Below the pieces are notes generated by a model, which saw only the letters and a program-made list of their open reading frames with translations, had not been told where the DNA came from and did not search any database. Both the position numbers and the translations under genes were made by a program. A DNA stretch of 64,000 bases from the human T2T-CHM13v2.0 reference genome, Homo sapiens, in the NCBI RefSeq assembly GCF_009914755.1, contig NC_060942.1. One strand, 5' to 3'. Shown piece by piece: positions 35,062 through 57,956 of the stretch (the stretch's first letter is position 1; each line of letters starts with the position of its first letter).

Positions 35062-37123
35062 GGGTGGAATTTTTTAATTGCAAATAATATAAACCAATTT
35101 ATATAGCTTAAAGAAAGTGGAGCTTACTCCGACAGTACAGAGCTGTCTCACAAAAGTGACAGCAGGGACCCACCAGGCCTCAGGAGTCAACCAGAACCAA
35201 GAAATCAACTGCTGTTGTTGCTGCTTCTGCTGTACCCCGGCCTCTGAATTTTCTCTTGCCCGTGAACTTGGCAGCCCACAGAGCTAAGGCTGATAGTTCC
35301 TCTTTTTGACAGCGCAGCCAGACAGAGATGAGTCTCCTAGACTCAATTATATATTTGCATGTAAGAGACCTGACACAGGTATTCCCTCTGGGCCGATCAA
35401 TGAGGGTGGTGGTGTCCTGGGTAAATGTAGCTTCTCCATTTATGGTGCAGTGGAGGAAAGGGTGTATGTGTGTGTGTGTGTTCTGTTCAGAAAGTTGGGC
35501 AGGGGATAGGGAACTGTTCTCAGATGCAGTGTTGTCTAAGCTGACACCCAAGTTTCTTGATAAATTATGCCCTGAATGTTTATGAATAGTGTATCAAAGA
35601 AAGCAGATGCCCAGGCCCTTCCAAAGAAGTCATTTCCTTCTTGATGGACATACTAAAGGGATAGAAAGGGAGGATGCAGGGATTTGTAATCAGGAGGATC
35701 TGAGTGGAAAAGCCATAAGTGCGCCAGCTTCCTCCTCTTTTTCTTGGGGGGCTAGTGCCAAGTGCAGGGCTGGCTCACAGTGGGTGCTCAGCAGCTCTGA
35801 ATGCATGAATGAATGAATGAACGAATGAATGAGTGATAGCCTAGTCCTGTGGGTTCACAGCTGTTGGGAACACCCGTACCCAAGTAATGCTGGTGAAGAG
35901 GCTGGCATTATCCTAGAGGGAGAACTTTGGTGGTTTGCTTCAAGTCAACAGTGATGTCTGTGGCTCGGATGAAGATGGACAGGCCATGCTCAGAGAATTC
36001 TCAGATGACTCAAGACTTGAAGGAGTGAATAGCTTCCTGGAGGACAGATGGAAGAACCCCAAAGCATCCAAAACACTAATCCTGTGAAATTTCATGGGGA
36101 ATAAGGGCCAGTTCTTTCTTTGGTTATAAATGATCAATTGCTCAAGGGATGGGGGATATCTGGCTTGCTCAAACCCAAGGTCCGGGTGGTGTCTGCTTCT
36201 TAGGCTGCACTAAGTTGAGTACAGTGTCCAGATCAAGGGCATTTTAGTTGAAGAAAATGGGGCTGCTTAATCTGGTAAAGAAAGCAGTAAGGACTGATTC
36301 AATGCCTTTCTCCTTAGTGGAGGACAGTGGACCCAGGGGAAGAGCTGTTAGGGCAGCAAAGGCACCCAGCGTGACAGTAGCAAGCTCCTTGTCAAGTCAG
36401 TGATGGCTGACCTGGTGAAGGGTGATGCCTTCCCACATTCTTTCTTGTTTGCTCCCCTTAACAGTCTTCAGGTGCAGTTGAGGCAGATGGCAGTGTGCTC
36501 TCATTAGCTAAAGAAGCTGGGCCGCTAAAGAGTGTTTAAGTGACCCGCTCAATGTCACTTAGCTAAGCTGGAACCCAGGCATTCTGGGTTCCAGGCTACC
36601 CATGATAAGCATTGAAGGCGAAGCTGGAAGACCGTGGTGGGGTCTTCCGTGGGATGCCTTCCATGGGAGGGAGAAGAGCTACCTTGAAAGATGCCTAGCT
36701 CCCAGTGTCTGTGACTTTGACAAGGGCAGAATGTCAGCCTCTGCTGCAAACTGTCTGTGTCCCTGACTACAGACGATGAGAGGTGGTGAGCAGTTAACAT
36801 TTTTCCTACCTGTATGCCCTGCTCCATTTCTGAATGAGTTATGTCATTTATTCAACAGGATAATTTAATGATGTAGCCACTTCCGCCGTTGGAACAGTAT
36901 GTTCTGATACTCATGGCTGTACTTCAAGAGTTGTAACTTCCGGATTAATTGCAGAATCAAGCTTTCATTTATCTGAGATTTCTTAATCAGTGAGAGTGAC
37001 AAATCAGACACACGTTTAATGTGGGCTAAAAAGTGCTCAGCATTATAACAACTAAATGCAACGTGTGATACTGGACTGGGTCGAGTCAGCAAACAAAACA
37101 AAAGAGCTTTTAAAAGAATTACT

Positions 37124-37409
37124 GGGCTCACGCCTGTAATCCCAACACTGGGAGGCTGAGGCGGGTGGATCACTTGAGGTCAGGAGTTTGAGACCAGCCT
37201 GGCCAACATGGCGAAACCCCGTCTCTACTAAAAATACAAAAATTAGCCGGGTGTGATGGTGCCTGTCTGTAGTCCTAGCTACTTGGGAGTCTAGGGGGGT
37301 GAGAATCGCTTGAACCTGGGAGACGGATGTTGCAGTGAGCCAAGATCGTGCGGCTGCACTCCAGCCTGGGTGACAGAGTGAGACTCCATCTCAAAAAAAA
37401 AAAAAAAAA
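37124..37409 (+). mobile_element. AluS (slightly 5'-truncated) within an old L1M 3' fragment
   Basis: Dimer plus A tail; TSD-like aattaYtggg. Confidence 0.9.
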
Positions 37410-37441
37410 TTATTGGGACAGTTGGGGAAATTTGAATATTG

Positions 37442-37443
<2 letters not shown>

Positions 37444-37488
<45 letters not shown>
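37444..37488. repeat. (TG)n microsatellite, about 22 units
   Basis: Read directly. Confidence 0.97.
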
Positions 37489-37490
<2 letters not shown>

Positions 37491-38529
37491 TATCACACTG
37501 AGAGTTAAGAGCATGTTCTTGTTCTTAGGCGATTTCGTGCTGAAGTACTTGGGGTGATTGCTGCGCTGCCTGCAATTTACTTTCAAATAGCTCAGCAGAA
37601 ACGATACGCAGGGACAAGGAGAGAGCAGACCTGGTGAAACGTTAACAACTGATGAATCCAAGTGAAGAGTGCATGGCCTTACTTGTACTGTTGTTTCAAC
37701 TTTTCTGCAGGTTTGAATATTTTAAAATGAAAGCTGGGGGGAAATGGTTAACACTGAAATAAAGGCAAATTTCAGGAAATAGTTTTACTGTATAGTAAGT
37801 CTAAAAATGAAAAGCGCCAGTGGTAAGTAGGCAAGTTGAGGCAAACCATATTGCCTCTTTTCTTTTCCTAGCAGTGGAAAGCCAGAAAGCTACAGAATGA
37901 AACAAAGGCTATTTTGTGTGGTAGATGAACTCATTTATCAGCTGCATTCAGACTAGAAAGGCAGAGGGAGAGATCAGTCTGTTGAAGTTTCTTTTCTCCA
38001 CCCCATCCCATCACTCTGATTAACCCTGTCGTTATTTCCCAGTGCTTGTCAAGGAGGCAGCCCTATCCAAAACTTGGATATAGCCAGGATTCAAGCATGC
38101 AGCCAGGCGTAAAACATCTTTGAAATATGAGCCATAATGACTTGTTTTTCTGGCAAATGCTTTTTGTTTGAAGGAAGTACAGAATTTAAGAATCTATTTT
38201 TAAAAAAATGTTAATGTTGAAAAGTCAGATAATTTACCAAATAAAAAAGTAATGTTTGCTTTTCTAATTCATTACAAATTTATTACAGTTCATCTAAGAG
38301 CAACAAAATATAAAAATCTTTACAAATAAGTGCTGCCGGAAAGTGTTTGGGTGGTCAGCGTTTAATTTGGAAGGTTATTCAGCTTGTTAGAGACCCATTT
38401 ATGGATCAAGGAAAACCTTATATAAGCCCAACCCGATTGTCCATCTGGTATGCCTCACTCAACTCCCAGGAGTCAACTTGGTGTGGACTTGATAGTTGGC
38501 CAGATCTGGGTTAGAATCTGGACTCCAGT

Positions 38530-41940
<3,411 letters not shown>

Positions 41941-42495
41941 TGACTTTAGATTAGTCAAAATCCAAAGTAAACATCAAAAGAACCAAAGTGCTTGAGGGAT
42001 TTAATATTACTAGTAATTGATTCTCTATTGTATGTCAGTTATTATACTTTACATTAATTCTTATTTAATTGAGTGCTTATGAATAGAAATAAGTTCTCTA
42101 AGAGTTGGAGTAAGGAACATGAAACCCATACTCTGCCTAGTTCTACAAATAATAGACTTCAGTTGTGCATTTCATCTGTCATCGACAATCATTTAGTTAG
42201 CACTTACTAGGTGCTAGGACATAAATAAGTCAGATTTCTTCCACTGAAGATCTTAAGGATGGCCATTAGATTAGTAAACATATACATGTAGATATTTCAA
42301 TATTAAGTTGTAAGTATGATAATAAAAGTATAAATCGGGTGCTTTAGGACCATAGAGATGGGTCACCCATCTGAGGAGCACATGAAAAAGTGGTGATGGG
42401 TAAAGAGGGTCTTGAAGGATGAGTGGCAAGTGATTAAACAAATAACAAGATAAATGTATTACCAAGCAGGGAGACTCGGAACAATATGACATACA

Positions 42496-43178
<683 letters not shown>

Positions 43179-45670
43179 CGAATATGACACTAAAAGTATT
43201 TTGTAGGAGGCCAGGGGTAGCCCCAGGTGAGGCTGAGGGGTAAGTAGAGTTAGATTAAGGGGGCTTGGATGCCACACTAAGGAGAGAAGATGATTCTAAA
43301 AACAACAAGGAAACACCGTCAGGCTTTTAACAGGGGAGTAACCAGGCTGCAATGTGGAGGATGGATTTTAAGGGGTGACAATCTCAATTCTCAAGAGAAA
43401 AACCAATTAAGATCCTTTGGAAATGGTCCATATAGGAGGAATTGATAATATGACATTGGTAAGTGGAGATAGGGGTGGAAAGGAAAAGACCAATTTAAGA
43501 AATATTTAGATGATACGTTCTGTAGAACTTGGTGACCATGTAAGTGTGGGGATTGCAGAAATGGCTCCCTGGTGTGAACAGAAAGGAGCATCCTGAACTG
43601 AGATAGGAAATCTAAAAGGAGAAAGGAAAGGCCCAGGGGCCAAAATAAGCTCGGTTCTTGATAGTCCAATGGGAATGCTTGGCAGATCCTACATCTATCA
43701 TTGCTTATGACAAAATATATTGAATCAATGGGTTTACATGGCTTACCCTCCTGCCTGACTAAAAGTCAAATGGCAAGGTCATGCCTTATTCATCTTGTAT
43801 CCTCAGGGCTGGCTACCCCACCCGAGCTCTGGGAGAGGTCTGCCTGCAGCACAGGTGACAGGAAAGCCATCGATGGTTGAGATCTCGCAGGGAGAGTAGA
43901 GGAGACTGAGAAAAGCAGTGACATGCAAGAAAAAGACATTCACACCTGGGGTGAGAATTTGAGAAGTAAGTGGCCTGGTGGCCTTGCATTGTCTGTGGCT
44001 CTTCCATGGGCCCTGTGAAAGGCCACCTCAATGCAGGCCTGCAGCCCTGTCAGTGTCCAGGCAAGTCATTCCCTTTGTATGCTTTTAATATCTACATGAA
44101 GGCTCCTAGTGATTGTGCAGAAGTCATCTCCATCCATCACTTGACTAACTTTGGAAGAAAAGTGGGGAGTGGATGGTGGAGGAGGGGTGTTATTGCAGAC
44201 TGGACAGAGGCAGGAAGCTATTGGAAAGAAGAATTTGGGGTGTGTGTGTAGTTTTTCTACCATTCCTTTCCTACCTAGAGGAAAATAACTGATTTTGATA
44301 TTGTAATGGCAGTAGGGAAAAGATTATACAGGTCAAAATTCTGTTTTATAAACACATCTACCATGCTTAAACTAAGAGCTATAGCTGAATTATTTTCATG
44401 AATATGCATTCTACTTAGAATTTCAAATTTTCTAGTATTTATGTATTTAAGAGACCAAACATTTAAGAATATGACTTATAGAAGAACAACATCTTAAATA
44501 ATTTTTAAAAATTTCAAATAAAGAGCAATAATGGATGAACATTTAAATTTTAGGGGCACATAAGCCATCTGCCTCCCACCATTGCCCCTTCCCAAGCCAG
44601 TTTCCCATTACTGCTGATTAACTTAAAAACCCAGCTGCGTCAGATTGCTCAAGTTGCAGACCTTTAGATGATCCTGTAAGGCCTCCTCAAACTGGATTTA
44701 ACCAACTGATCTTGCTTCTTTTCCAACGAGTGTGATCCTCTGTGACAAGGATTTGATCTTCAGCTTTTGGGACAGGCTTTCCGAGTCAAGTTCCAAAGTT
44801 TGAATGGAACGCACAATACATGTTTCTGTGGCTTTTTCAGTCCCGATCAACAGCATAATTTAATACTTGTACTATCTGTTCCCTTTTCTGACAAGCACAA
44901 TCTGATAAACAGATTGGGAGGAGCAGTGCAGCACTGTGTGATTCACACTGGGAATGAGGGGAAAAGGAGAGACGGAGAGAGAATGAACCTGGAGTCCCAT
45001 GAAATGCAGTCAGATTGAGCTCTCTGACGCGAATGTTTTAGCGCATGCAAGGGAGCTTTGTGGTCAGTGGTTAGGGTCATCGATTTACATTCCCCTTCAA
45101 ATGCGGAAGTTTTGAAATCATTAAGTTTCAAAGAAACTCACCTAGATTAAAATACAAGGGAAAAGACGGACCTATACACCTACAGTAGGCTATTGTTACA
45201 GGTGGTAGATGCTATGGTAATTACTTCCTGTGCTGGTTTCTGTTCACTTAAGACTCTGACAGCTTTTTAAGAGGAGGTATAAGAATTCTGTAGCTGGTGG
45301 GCTATTTCCACAGGATTGGGCAGTTTTCTGCCTAATTAGGAAAGGATGAAGGCCCTTGGATTAAATGTCACTTAAGTACTCCCTGCAACGCCCCCAACAC
45401 ACATCCCCTACCTCCTCCATTAACTCCATTTGGAAGTACTCAGTCTGAACTTCAAAAGAATAGCAGATGCCAACTATTGTTTACATCAGTGAAATCATAA
45501 AAAGGCACATCACAAAAGCACACTCAGAAGATCCTTATTTACTGTTCTTAGGCTACGCTAGGGAGCACAATGACGTTACCCAGTGTTTTTAATACTTGTC
45601 TGAAGAGTCACTGTATTGGGCATTATTAAAATATGGAGTCCCAGCCTCTTCACTTACAAAGTGGAATTCA

Positions 45671-45959
<289 letters not shown>

Positions 45960-46547
45960 GTGGAATTCAGAAATCTATGGGGAGATGGGGTGGCGGGGTG
46001 GTGGTGGGCTGGAATTATAACTTAAAAACATGCCTTTTGTGTGTCTTAAGAACAGGCAAGTTTGGAAATCACTGATAGAACCTATGATCAACTTTTATGG
46101 AAAAGAGCTGCCCGACAGTGACAAAGTCAGACACAATGCATATTCTCAGGGTTTTAGTCCTATATATGAATATTAGTCGGTCACAAATGTTATTAGTAAT
46201 TCCTACCAGTAGATTCCTACTAATAGTTACTGCAATGACATTTTTGTCTAGTGTCTTACAATGGAGCACACTGCAGCTGCCAATGACAGCAAGCTCATTT
46301 TTTGCATGGGTTGGAAAAGGAGAAAGAGTTGAGTTCAAAGTATTATTCAGACCTGGTGTATGTGTATGTGAATAAGTGTTGTTCTTTGTTATCAGAAGAT
46401 ATTATCAAATCAAACTAAAAATTTGCATCAAATTTTCATTTTTTATAAAGTATGTCCTCGATCAACTTAGTTTTTGTGATCTCACATGCAATCCCACCCA
46501 AATGGAATTTTTCTAGAGTGTCTAAAATTCTTTTATTTCATAACTCT

Positions 46548-47014
46548 CAGAGTTGCAAAATATAAACAGGATATTTATAGTCTCATAGTGTCATCCCACA
46601 GGTAATCATTAATTACAAAAAGAAAAAGCTACCTTTACACTGGATAATTTGGTGAATGTTACTTTAACCAAGAGGCCAAAACTGCCATTACTAATATGGG
46701 TCAAACTGAGTCTTGTGATATAATTCACTGAGGACATGATATCACCTATGTCTGCAGATGTCTTGTTTGGGCTGTACATTTGAAAAAAAAATGAGTTAGC
46801 TCCAATATTTACACATCTAGAGATTTCACACAAAAGTCTGGATTCCCAGGTTTTCTAGAAAAATGAGATGTTTAAGTAGAAGGACGCCGTTCTCCTATAG
46901 CTGCAACCTGCTGGGGTTGAGTAGGGGCTGCTCCTTCAAATGCTCCAGTTTGGCCATCTCTTACTGATTCATGTAACTTGCCCAGCCCTTGGAGACATCT
47001 GAGTTTGCTGCGCT
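46548..47014 (-). mobile_element. MER102-like hAT MITE interrupted by a 188-bp insertion
   Basis: cagagttgcaaa...ctgcagatgtcttgtttggg...gagatttcacacaaaagtctggatt...tgagtaggggctgc...catctgagtttgc follows the recalled MER102 consensus in reverse complement. Confidence 0.7.
46564..46751 (+). repeat. 188-bp direct duplication, copy 1 (identical to 48584-48771)
   Basis: Base-by-base comparison shows no mismatch; offset 2020 bp. Confidence 0.97.
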
Positions 47015-48199
47015 AACACTAAGGTGATGTCTTATTTTCTCATACAACTTTATGTCATCAGCTCTTAGCCTGCTTCATTCATCATGAATGGATGAATGGG
47101 GAAAACAGCCACTTAACTGCCCCTCCCACCAACAGACTGTTCCCGGACAGTCAAGCCTGCAGACTCCCTAAATGAGTATCTGCCCACCTTCTGTGATTCT
47201 CCAATGGTTCCTAAATAAAGTCCAAATCCTTGTCTGGCAGTCAAGATCAGCTCCCCTCTCACACTCCCAAAATCCAATTCCACCTTCCTTTTCTAGCCCA
47301 TGCTTCCCTCGTCCCACACCATGTGCTGACCCTGCCTTGTGCTTCTCCAGCTCAGAGCCTCTGCCCCACCCCCAAATACTCCTTCCTTGCAAAGCCTACC
47401 CATCTTGCAAGCGCCACCTCCCCAAAGGATGGTTTTTCTAATTTCCCAGACTAGATATGATCCCATATGATTGGGCATTTCTAGAATCCTTGGTTTGTAA
47501 ATATGAAATGACACATATTCCATTGTGCCTTGGACAGTAGTTAGGTATGCACATACCTTAATTCACCTCTAGATGTGCAGAGAGCCCCGCTCCTCTCACT
47601 CCCCGGAAACCCACAGCGGAAACCATGTCATGGTCGCCCTAGTATCAGCAAAGCCAAGTGCCCAACATACTGAAGAAGATGGTCAAAATACTTAACTATA
47701 GGAGTGCATTTCCGTTATAAGGAGAAAATGCTATTAACTAATAATCTACTCCTTCCTCCTATTGCAACATAAAAACTTACTTTTTCTTAAATAGTTGTTT
47801 TGGGTCCTCTTTATAAAACTTAATCAAACATTAGCCTTTATCATATCCTTTATTTGATGTCTTAGGTTCTTAGTTACTTTAACCAAGAAATAGAGATGGA
47901 TAATACAACCTCCAGTGTGGTCATAAGGATTGAATGAGTTAACAGGTAAAGTGCTCAGTATGGGTCTGGCACACAGCAAACACTAAATGGATGACTATTA
48001 TTATTATGGAGAAACTCCTCATCTAATATTTGGAACCAATTTATAAGTGGCTTGCCTTATTCTAGTTTTCTAAAATACTTCTTAGAAAAGAGCAGGTCAA
48101 ATAGTGTAGCTTGTCTGCCCTAGACTAAAGAAATATATTTTGCTAAAGAAAAAAAAAAAGATTATTTCAACTATCAAAGATTCAGGCAACAGTGGCTTT

Positions 48200-48477
<278 letters not shown>

Positions 48478-48499
48478 AACAGTGGCTTTTTAAAAAGCA

Positions 48500-49084
48500 A
48501 ACTTTTATAGCTACCAAGGTAATGATTGATTCAGGAAAGGATTACCAATGGATGTTAAAACCATCTGGTGAGAGTGTGTTGAGAAACAGGATATTTATAG
48601 TCTCATAGTGTCATCCCACAGGTAATCATTAATTACAAAAAGAAAAAGCTACCTTTACACTGGATAATTTGGTGAATGTTACTTTAACCAAGAGGCCAAA
48701 ACTGCCATTACTAATATGGGTCAAACTGAGTCTTGTGATATAATTCACTGAGGACATGATATCACCTATGTAGTATTCTTGAAACCAAAAAACCTGACTC
48801 TACCAGTGAGGGACAAATCAGACAAATCCAAATTGTGCAACAATCTACAAAACAGTTGACCTAGACTCTTCCAATAAGTCGATGTCATGGAAAGACCCCT
48901 CCGCCTCCAAAAAAAAAAGGAAGGTGTGGGGGGTATTATTAATAAATGCAATGCATAATCCTTGATCAGATCCTCTAGGTGAAAAGCACAGCTATAAAGA
49001 TCCTTTTGGGGACACTGGCGAAGTTTGAATATGAACTTTATATTGAATAATAAAAAGTAGTGAAAAATAAGATTGTGATTCATT
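48500..49084 (+). mobile_element. L1MC/L1ME 3'-end fragment
   Basis: caaatcagacaaatccaaattg...ctacaaaac...gatgtcatggaaagac...taaatgcaatgcataatccttgatcagatcct...gctataaagatccttttggggaca. Confidence 0.7.
48584..48771 (+). repeat. 188-bp direct duplication, copy 2 (probable source, inside an L1MC/ME 3' fragment)
   Basis: Identical to 46564-46751; flanks continue as L1M 3'-UTR-like sequence. Confidence 0.97.
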
Positions 49085-49409
<325 letters not shown>

Positions 49410-50414
49410 TCAATTATATTTTGACATTTTGATTGACCTACTCTTTCCTAAAGTATTTTGGTATCTGGGAATCTACATGTTTCAAGACCTAAAAAGGTCA
49501 ACATTACAAGTGAAATGTTTGCTCCATTGAACTGGATCAGAGTTTTTGTAGAAACAATGTGCAACTGGGATGCAGTCATATAAATGGACCGAAGAACTTA
49601 GAAAAGAACAAAGTGGATGCCAGTAGCCAATGCACACCATTCTGTGCAGTATTTGGTTGGGACAATGCTAACTGCACATAGGCAGTCCTGGGTAAACATT
49701 AACTGATGACAATAACCAGCAGAGTCCCAAAGTGAGGCCCTTGCATTATTGTTTTGAGGAAATTCTGCCTAATGAGAATGGATTGCTAGTAAATCATAGA
49801 GCAATTTTATTCTCCTTTCAGTAAGACATGGATGACCGAGCAGCTGGTGGGAGCAGCCCTGTCTGTCCCCATCTGAGAGAGTGGTGTATTAGTCTCAAAT
49901 AGGGAAATTACGCAGCAATGTGGAAGCCTGGCTAGCCGTCATTAAAGTAATTCAGTGTTTGGGCTGCCTGTGTTTCAGGCAGTGATAGGAGCCATTAACA
50001 GCTCACTTTTAGTTTCAGAAGCCAGAGATATTTTCATTACTAGTGTCCTCAGGCATACACTTTTTAATTTAAAAAAAGAAAGTAAGTTCAGGATGGAAAT
50101 AACCCATCACCACAGGAATATCTCTGCACCAGAAACACATTCTAGTTTACCTGTCAATCTTACCAGCATGCCAGATTTATTTTGAGTGTCTGGAATGAGG
50201 AAGAGGAGGGAAGAAAGGTGGGTGTAGGGCCGATGGAGGAATCAGGGTCACTAATACCTTGGAAAAGCTGAGGACTTCATTCTAAAGTGCTGTTGAAATC
50301 TCAGGTTTTTTACTTCTCTGGCTAGTAATAAAATGATTGATAGTTCTGGCTCTGAGATGTTCCCTACTTCTTCCAAAGCCATAATGCCCTACTTTTAAGA
50401 TGCTTTGGACAGGT

Positions 50415-50838
50415 GTTATGGTAGACTGAAGTTGGTCACAAATGCTTTGTTACTTTCCCCAACAGGAGGTTCTTATTTCCCCCTCATTGAGTCTGGGCTG
50501 GCCGTGTGGCTGTTCAACCAACAGAAAGCAGCAGAAGTGTACTGTGCAGTCCGGGGCCCAGGCTTTTAGAGAACTGTGGCTTTCTCTGCCTCCTTCTTGG
50601 AATCCACTTACCATGTTGAGAGGGGCCCAAGCCACATAGAGGCCAACAGCCAAGTATTTGCAGCCATCTGGGTGAGCCATCTAGGACATTCCACGCCAAT
50701 CAGACCCCTGGATTGGAGCAGTGGAGCAGACATGGAGCAGATGCAGCCCAGCGAAGGCCAGTATCACAGGCCAGAACAAAATGTTTTAAGCCATTAAATT
50801 TTGGTGTGACTTGCTCTGCAGCCAGATAACTGAAATAG
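50415..50838 (+). mobile_element. MaLR solo LTR (MLT1G/H-like)
   Basis: ttgagtctgggctggccgtgtggc...tgttttaagccattaaattttggtgtgacttgctctgcagccagataactgaaata terminus. Confidence 0.75.
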
Positions 50839-51094
50839 GTGTAACCGAAAAGTCCGTAAGAAGGAAGATTTACCTTGCTGACCAATGCAGAATAACAAAG
50901 CACAGGAAATAACATTTGCTGGGTCGGAAGACAACTGTCTGGAACAGGTGATGACATCCTTAGCCTTTAGTAGGTTTTGACTTCAAAACTGACCCCGGCT
51001 TTCATGCCTCTTTTTGATGCTCAACACGGACAATTTCAAAAAGAAAAAATTTCACTTTAATCCAGCCTCACCCCCACATGTGTGTTTCACACAG

Positions 51095-51866
51095 ACCTTA
51101 TTTTTTAAACAGAGTTTATTGTATTTAATACATTATAAAATTTGAAAAATTGTAGGAAAGCAGCAGACTTGAACTGGAGCAATTCTAACAAGGAATAATT
51201 CTGGCCCCTTGGCAAAACTGATCAGTTTTAAAACAAAGTAAAGTTCACATCTGTGAGGTGGACAAAAAAGTGTGACTTCTGTACAAACTACATTTAAAAT
51301 TTCATGTCTAACATCTTTGCAATGTGCTCATGAGGGTTTTTCTGAAGTCCTGCCTGGTCCCTGCCTAAAGAAAGACGTGGAACCTCCATATACAAACAAA
51401 CTTGATTCAAGGTGTTTTGTTTGTTTTGTTTTTTTAAAAAAAAAGGAAAAAGAAAGACAAAGGAAAAAAGAAATATGGATGGCTGTTGTTGGCAATGGAA
51501 ACTGTAAGGAGACTGTGTCCTCACCACTCATGGCTTGTTTATTTGTCAGAGGCCTCGGGAGGCCCAGGACACTTCACGGCCATCACAGCACCAACTGCGG
51601 CTGTCACCTTTTTTTTTTTTCTTTTTTGCATTTCCTACCTTTTGACATATATATATATATTTATATATTTTTTACACCTTGAGGATATCACTATTCCAAT
51701 TGTTCCCATATGAATACAGGTGTGGTCTCTATTGGATATAAATGTGTCTTTTATTCGATTTTACGTCCAGGACTTGGTTTGCTGTCCCAACTGCACATAA
51801 ATGTCCCTTTTTTGTTTGAGTTATTGGTTGTGTGTGTTTTCCTTTTTGCATAAGAAATATGTCCAT
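51095..51866 (-). other. KCTD1: KCTD1 3' UTR (about 770 nt; end approximate)
   Basis: Transposon-free AU-rich sequence after the stop, ending at an AATAAA with an upstream UGUA and a downstream GU-rich tract; includes an (AT)n run near 51647-51668. Confidence 0.8.
51115..51120 (-). terminator. Main polyadenylation signal AATAAA of KCTD1
   Basis: + strand tttatt 51115-51120; UGUA (+ strand taca 51129-51132) upstream in the transcript; tctgtgtg...atgtgggg downstream. Confidence 0.75.
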
Positions 51867-56097
<4,231 letters not shown>

Positions 56098-57060
56098 CTA
56101 AACATGTCCACATCTAAGAGGTGATTTTTTCCACTTCTTGTTATGTCACTAATCAAATCTGCATGTGCGTTTTTCACTTACGACATGTTTGTAGAGGCTC
56201 AATTTGCATTCATTCATTCATTCATTCATTCAGTGAAGATAAAAGGAGCTGAGTAGATTAGGGCTGGTCAGGCCTCTTCTAAGTGCTTTACATGATTTAA
56301 ATCCTGTAACCCTCGTCAATGCCCAGTGAATTAGGAACCACTATTATTCCCATTTTGCAGATGAGAAAACTGAGATGTGAAAGGATTCACCCAAGACTTG
56401 TTTCTTTTAGTAGAAAAAATGTCTTTGGGTATTTCAAGTTTGATTGTGTCGGTGAGAACCCAATTTCTATCCTCTTGGATGGAACGCATATATTGACCAA
56501 GGGGAGGCATAAGCTTGCCAATGGGCACCCTTCATCAGAAGCTCCCGGTCACCTTTGGTGGCCACAGGAGGGTGTGGGACAGAGATATGAGGCTAGAGAC
56601 AGGCAGGGATGGGCACCTGGAGGGCAGGCATGTGGCTTTTACTTGAACCTAGGTGTTGATTTGTGATGGTTTGGGGGAGGCTGGTGGACAGCTGGAAGGC
56701 TAGTGTACTGCCCTGTGCCACCTGATGGAGCTGCCATCATAGAGTCAGAGACATAAACAACTTTAGGCCTCGACTCCTGCAAGATGTGCAATAAAGAAAA
56801 CCTGTCCATTTCTGCATTTCTGAAAGCAAGAACACCTGGTCTTTTGGCATGGTTTCCTTTCCTCCAGCCTTAAAATAATCTGTTGAATTGAAACAGAAAC
56901 CTAACAAAACAGGTATTAAAACACACACATAAGCCACTGAATGGGAAGACAAAAGAGAATGAGGGGGAGGCAGCAACTCAGGAACAATGTTAACAAGCAG
57001 GTCAATGTTATGGCTAAACGTAGCTATGGCCACAATCATTTCTGGGTGTAAGATAAGTGG

Positions 57061-57080
57061 ATACTTGTCTAGACATGTTG
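57061..57080. promoter_or_regulatory. Candidate p63/p53 response element
   Basis: ATACTTGTCT AGACATGTTG matches RRRCWWGYYY x2 at 18/20 positions with no spacer. Confidence 0.45.
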
Positions 57081-57956
57081 ACTGAGAACATTTTAATCAG
57101 CTGACACAGGCATTTGTGCCTTCCGTCCATGGGCAAGAGCTGGCAGGGGATGCCCAGTGCCTGCATGACAGCCAATGTTGCAAACATGTGGTCCGAGTGC
57201 CTCAAAGAGGCCCCTGATGTCCAGATGGGCTAGAGTATGAGAAGCACAAGATGACCATGGGATAAATATTTTTATTTTGCACTTTGCTCTTTCTCTTGCA
57301 AATCAAGCAATAGCAGCAGCAGCTGTAGCGGCATTATTCAACGCTTCCAGAGAAAACAGCATGGAGAGATGACAGTACTTGGGGGTCTTTAGCTGGGTAA
57401 TCCACTTTCCATATAAAGAAACTCAGATCAGGTAGAAGATGCTGATGACGACACTCATCTCAGTGGAATGGGCTGCTGCTTTATTCTGTCCTTTTCCTGG
57501 CAACCCCCTTACCACAGGAGTCTTGGTTCCCTGCAGGAAAGGAGCCCACTGCTCTGAAAATCTTCCTTGCACATGTTCTACCTGCTTAGCCTCCTGACCC
57601 AGAGGAGATACTGTTTTGCTTTAAGGAGCTGAAAACTAGGCTGAGGTGTGGCCACTCTTAAGACAGGGCAGAACCGGGGCCCTTAGCCCAGCCTGAGGGG
57701 TAGGAGTGGGGAAGCCTCTGCAGGTTCCTCCTGGTTCTACCTGGGATCCCCACTCTGGGGCTTTGTCATCTTGGCATCACGCCAACTGTAAGATACTGAC
57801 CTAAACACTTATTTACCAAGGAGATTTTAAACAGCAATGAGAGTTACACAAGCAAGAGAAGCGAGAACTTATGCTATTGCTTTTTATTTTCTTGTGAGAT
57901 TTAATTACAAAACTTAGCACAAGGAAGGATCTAGACTCCAGTGAAAATATCTTATC

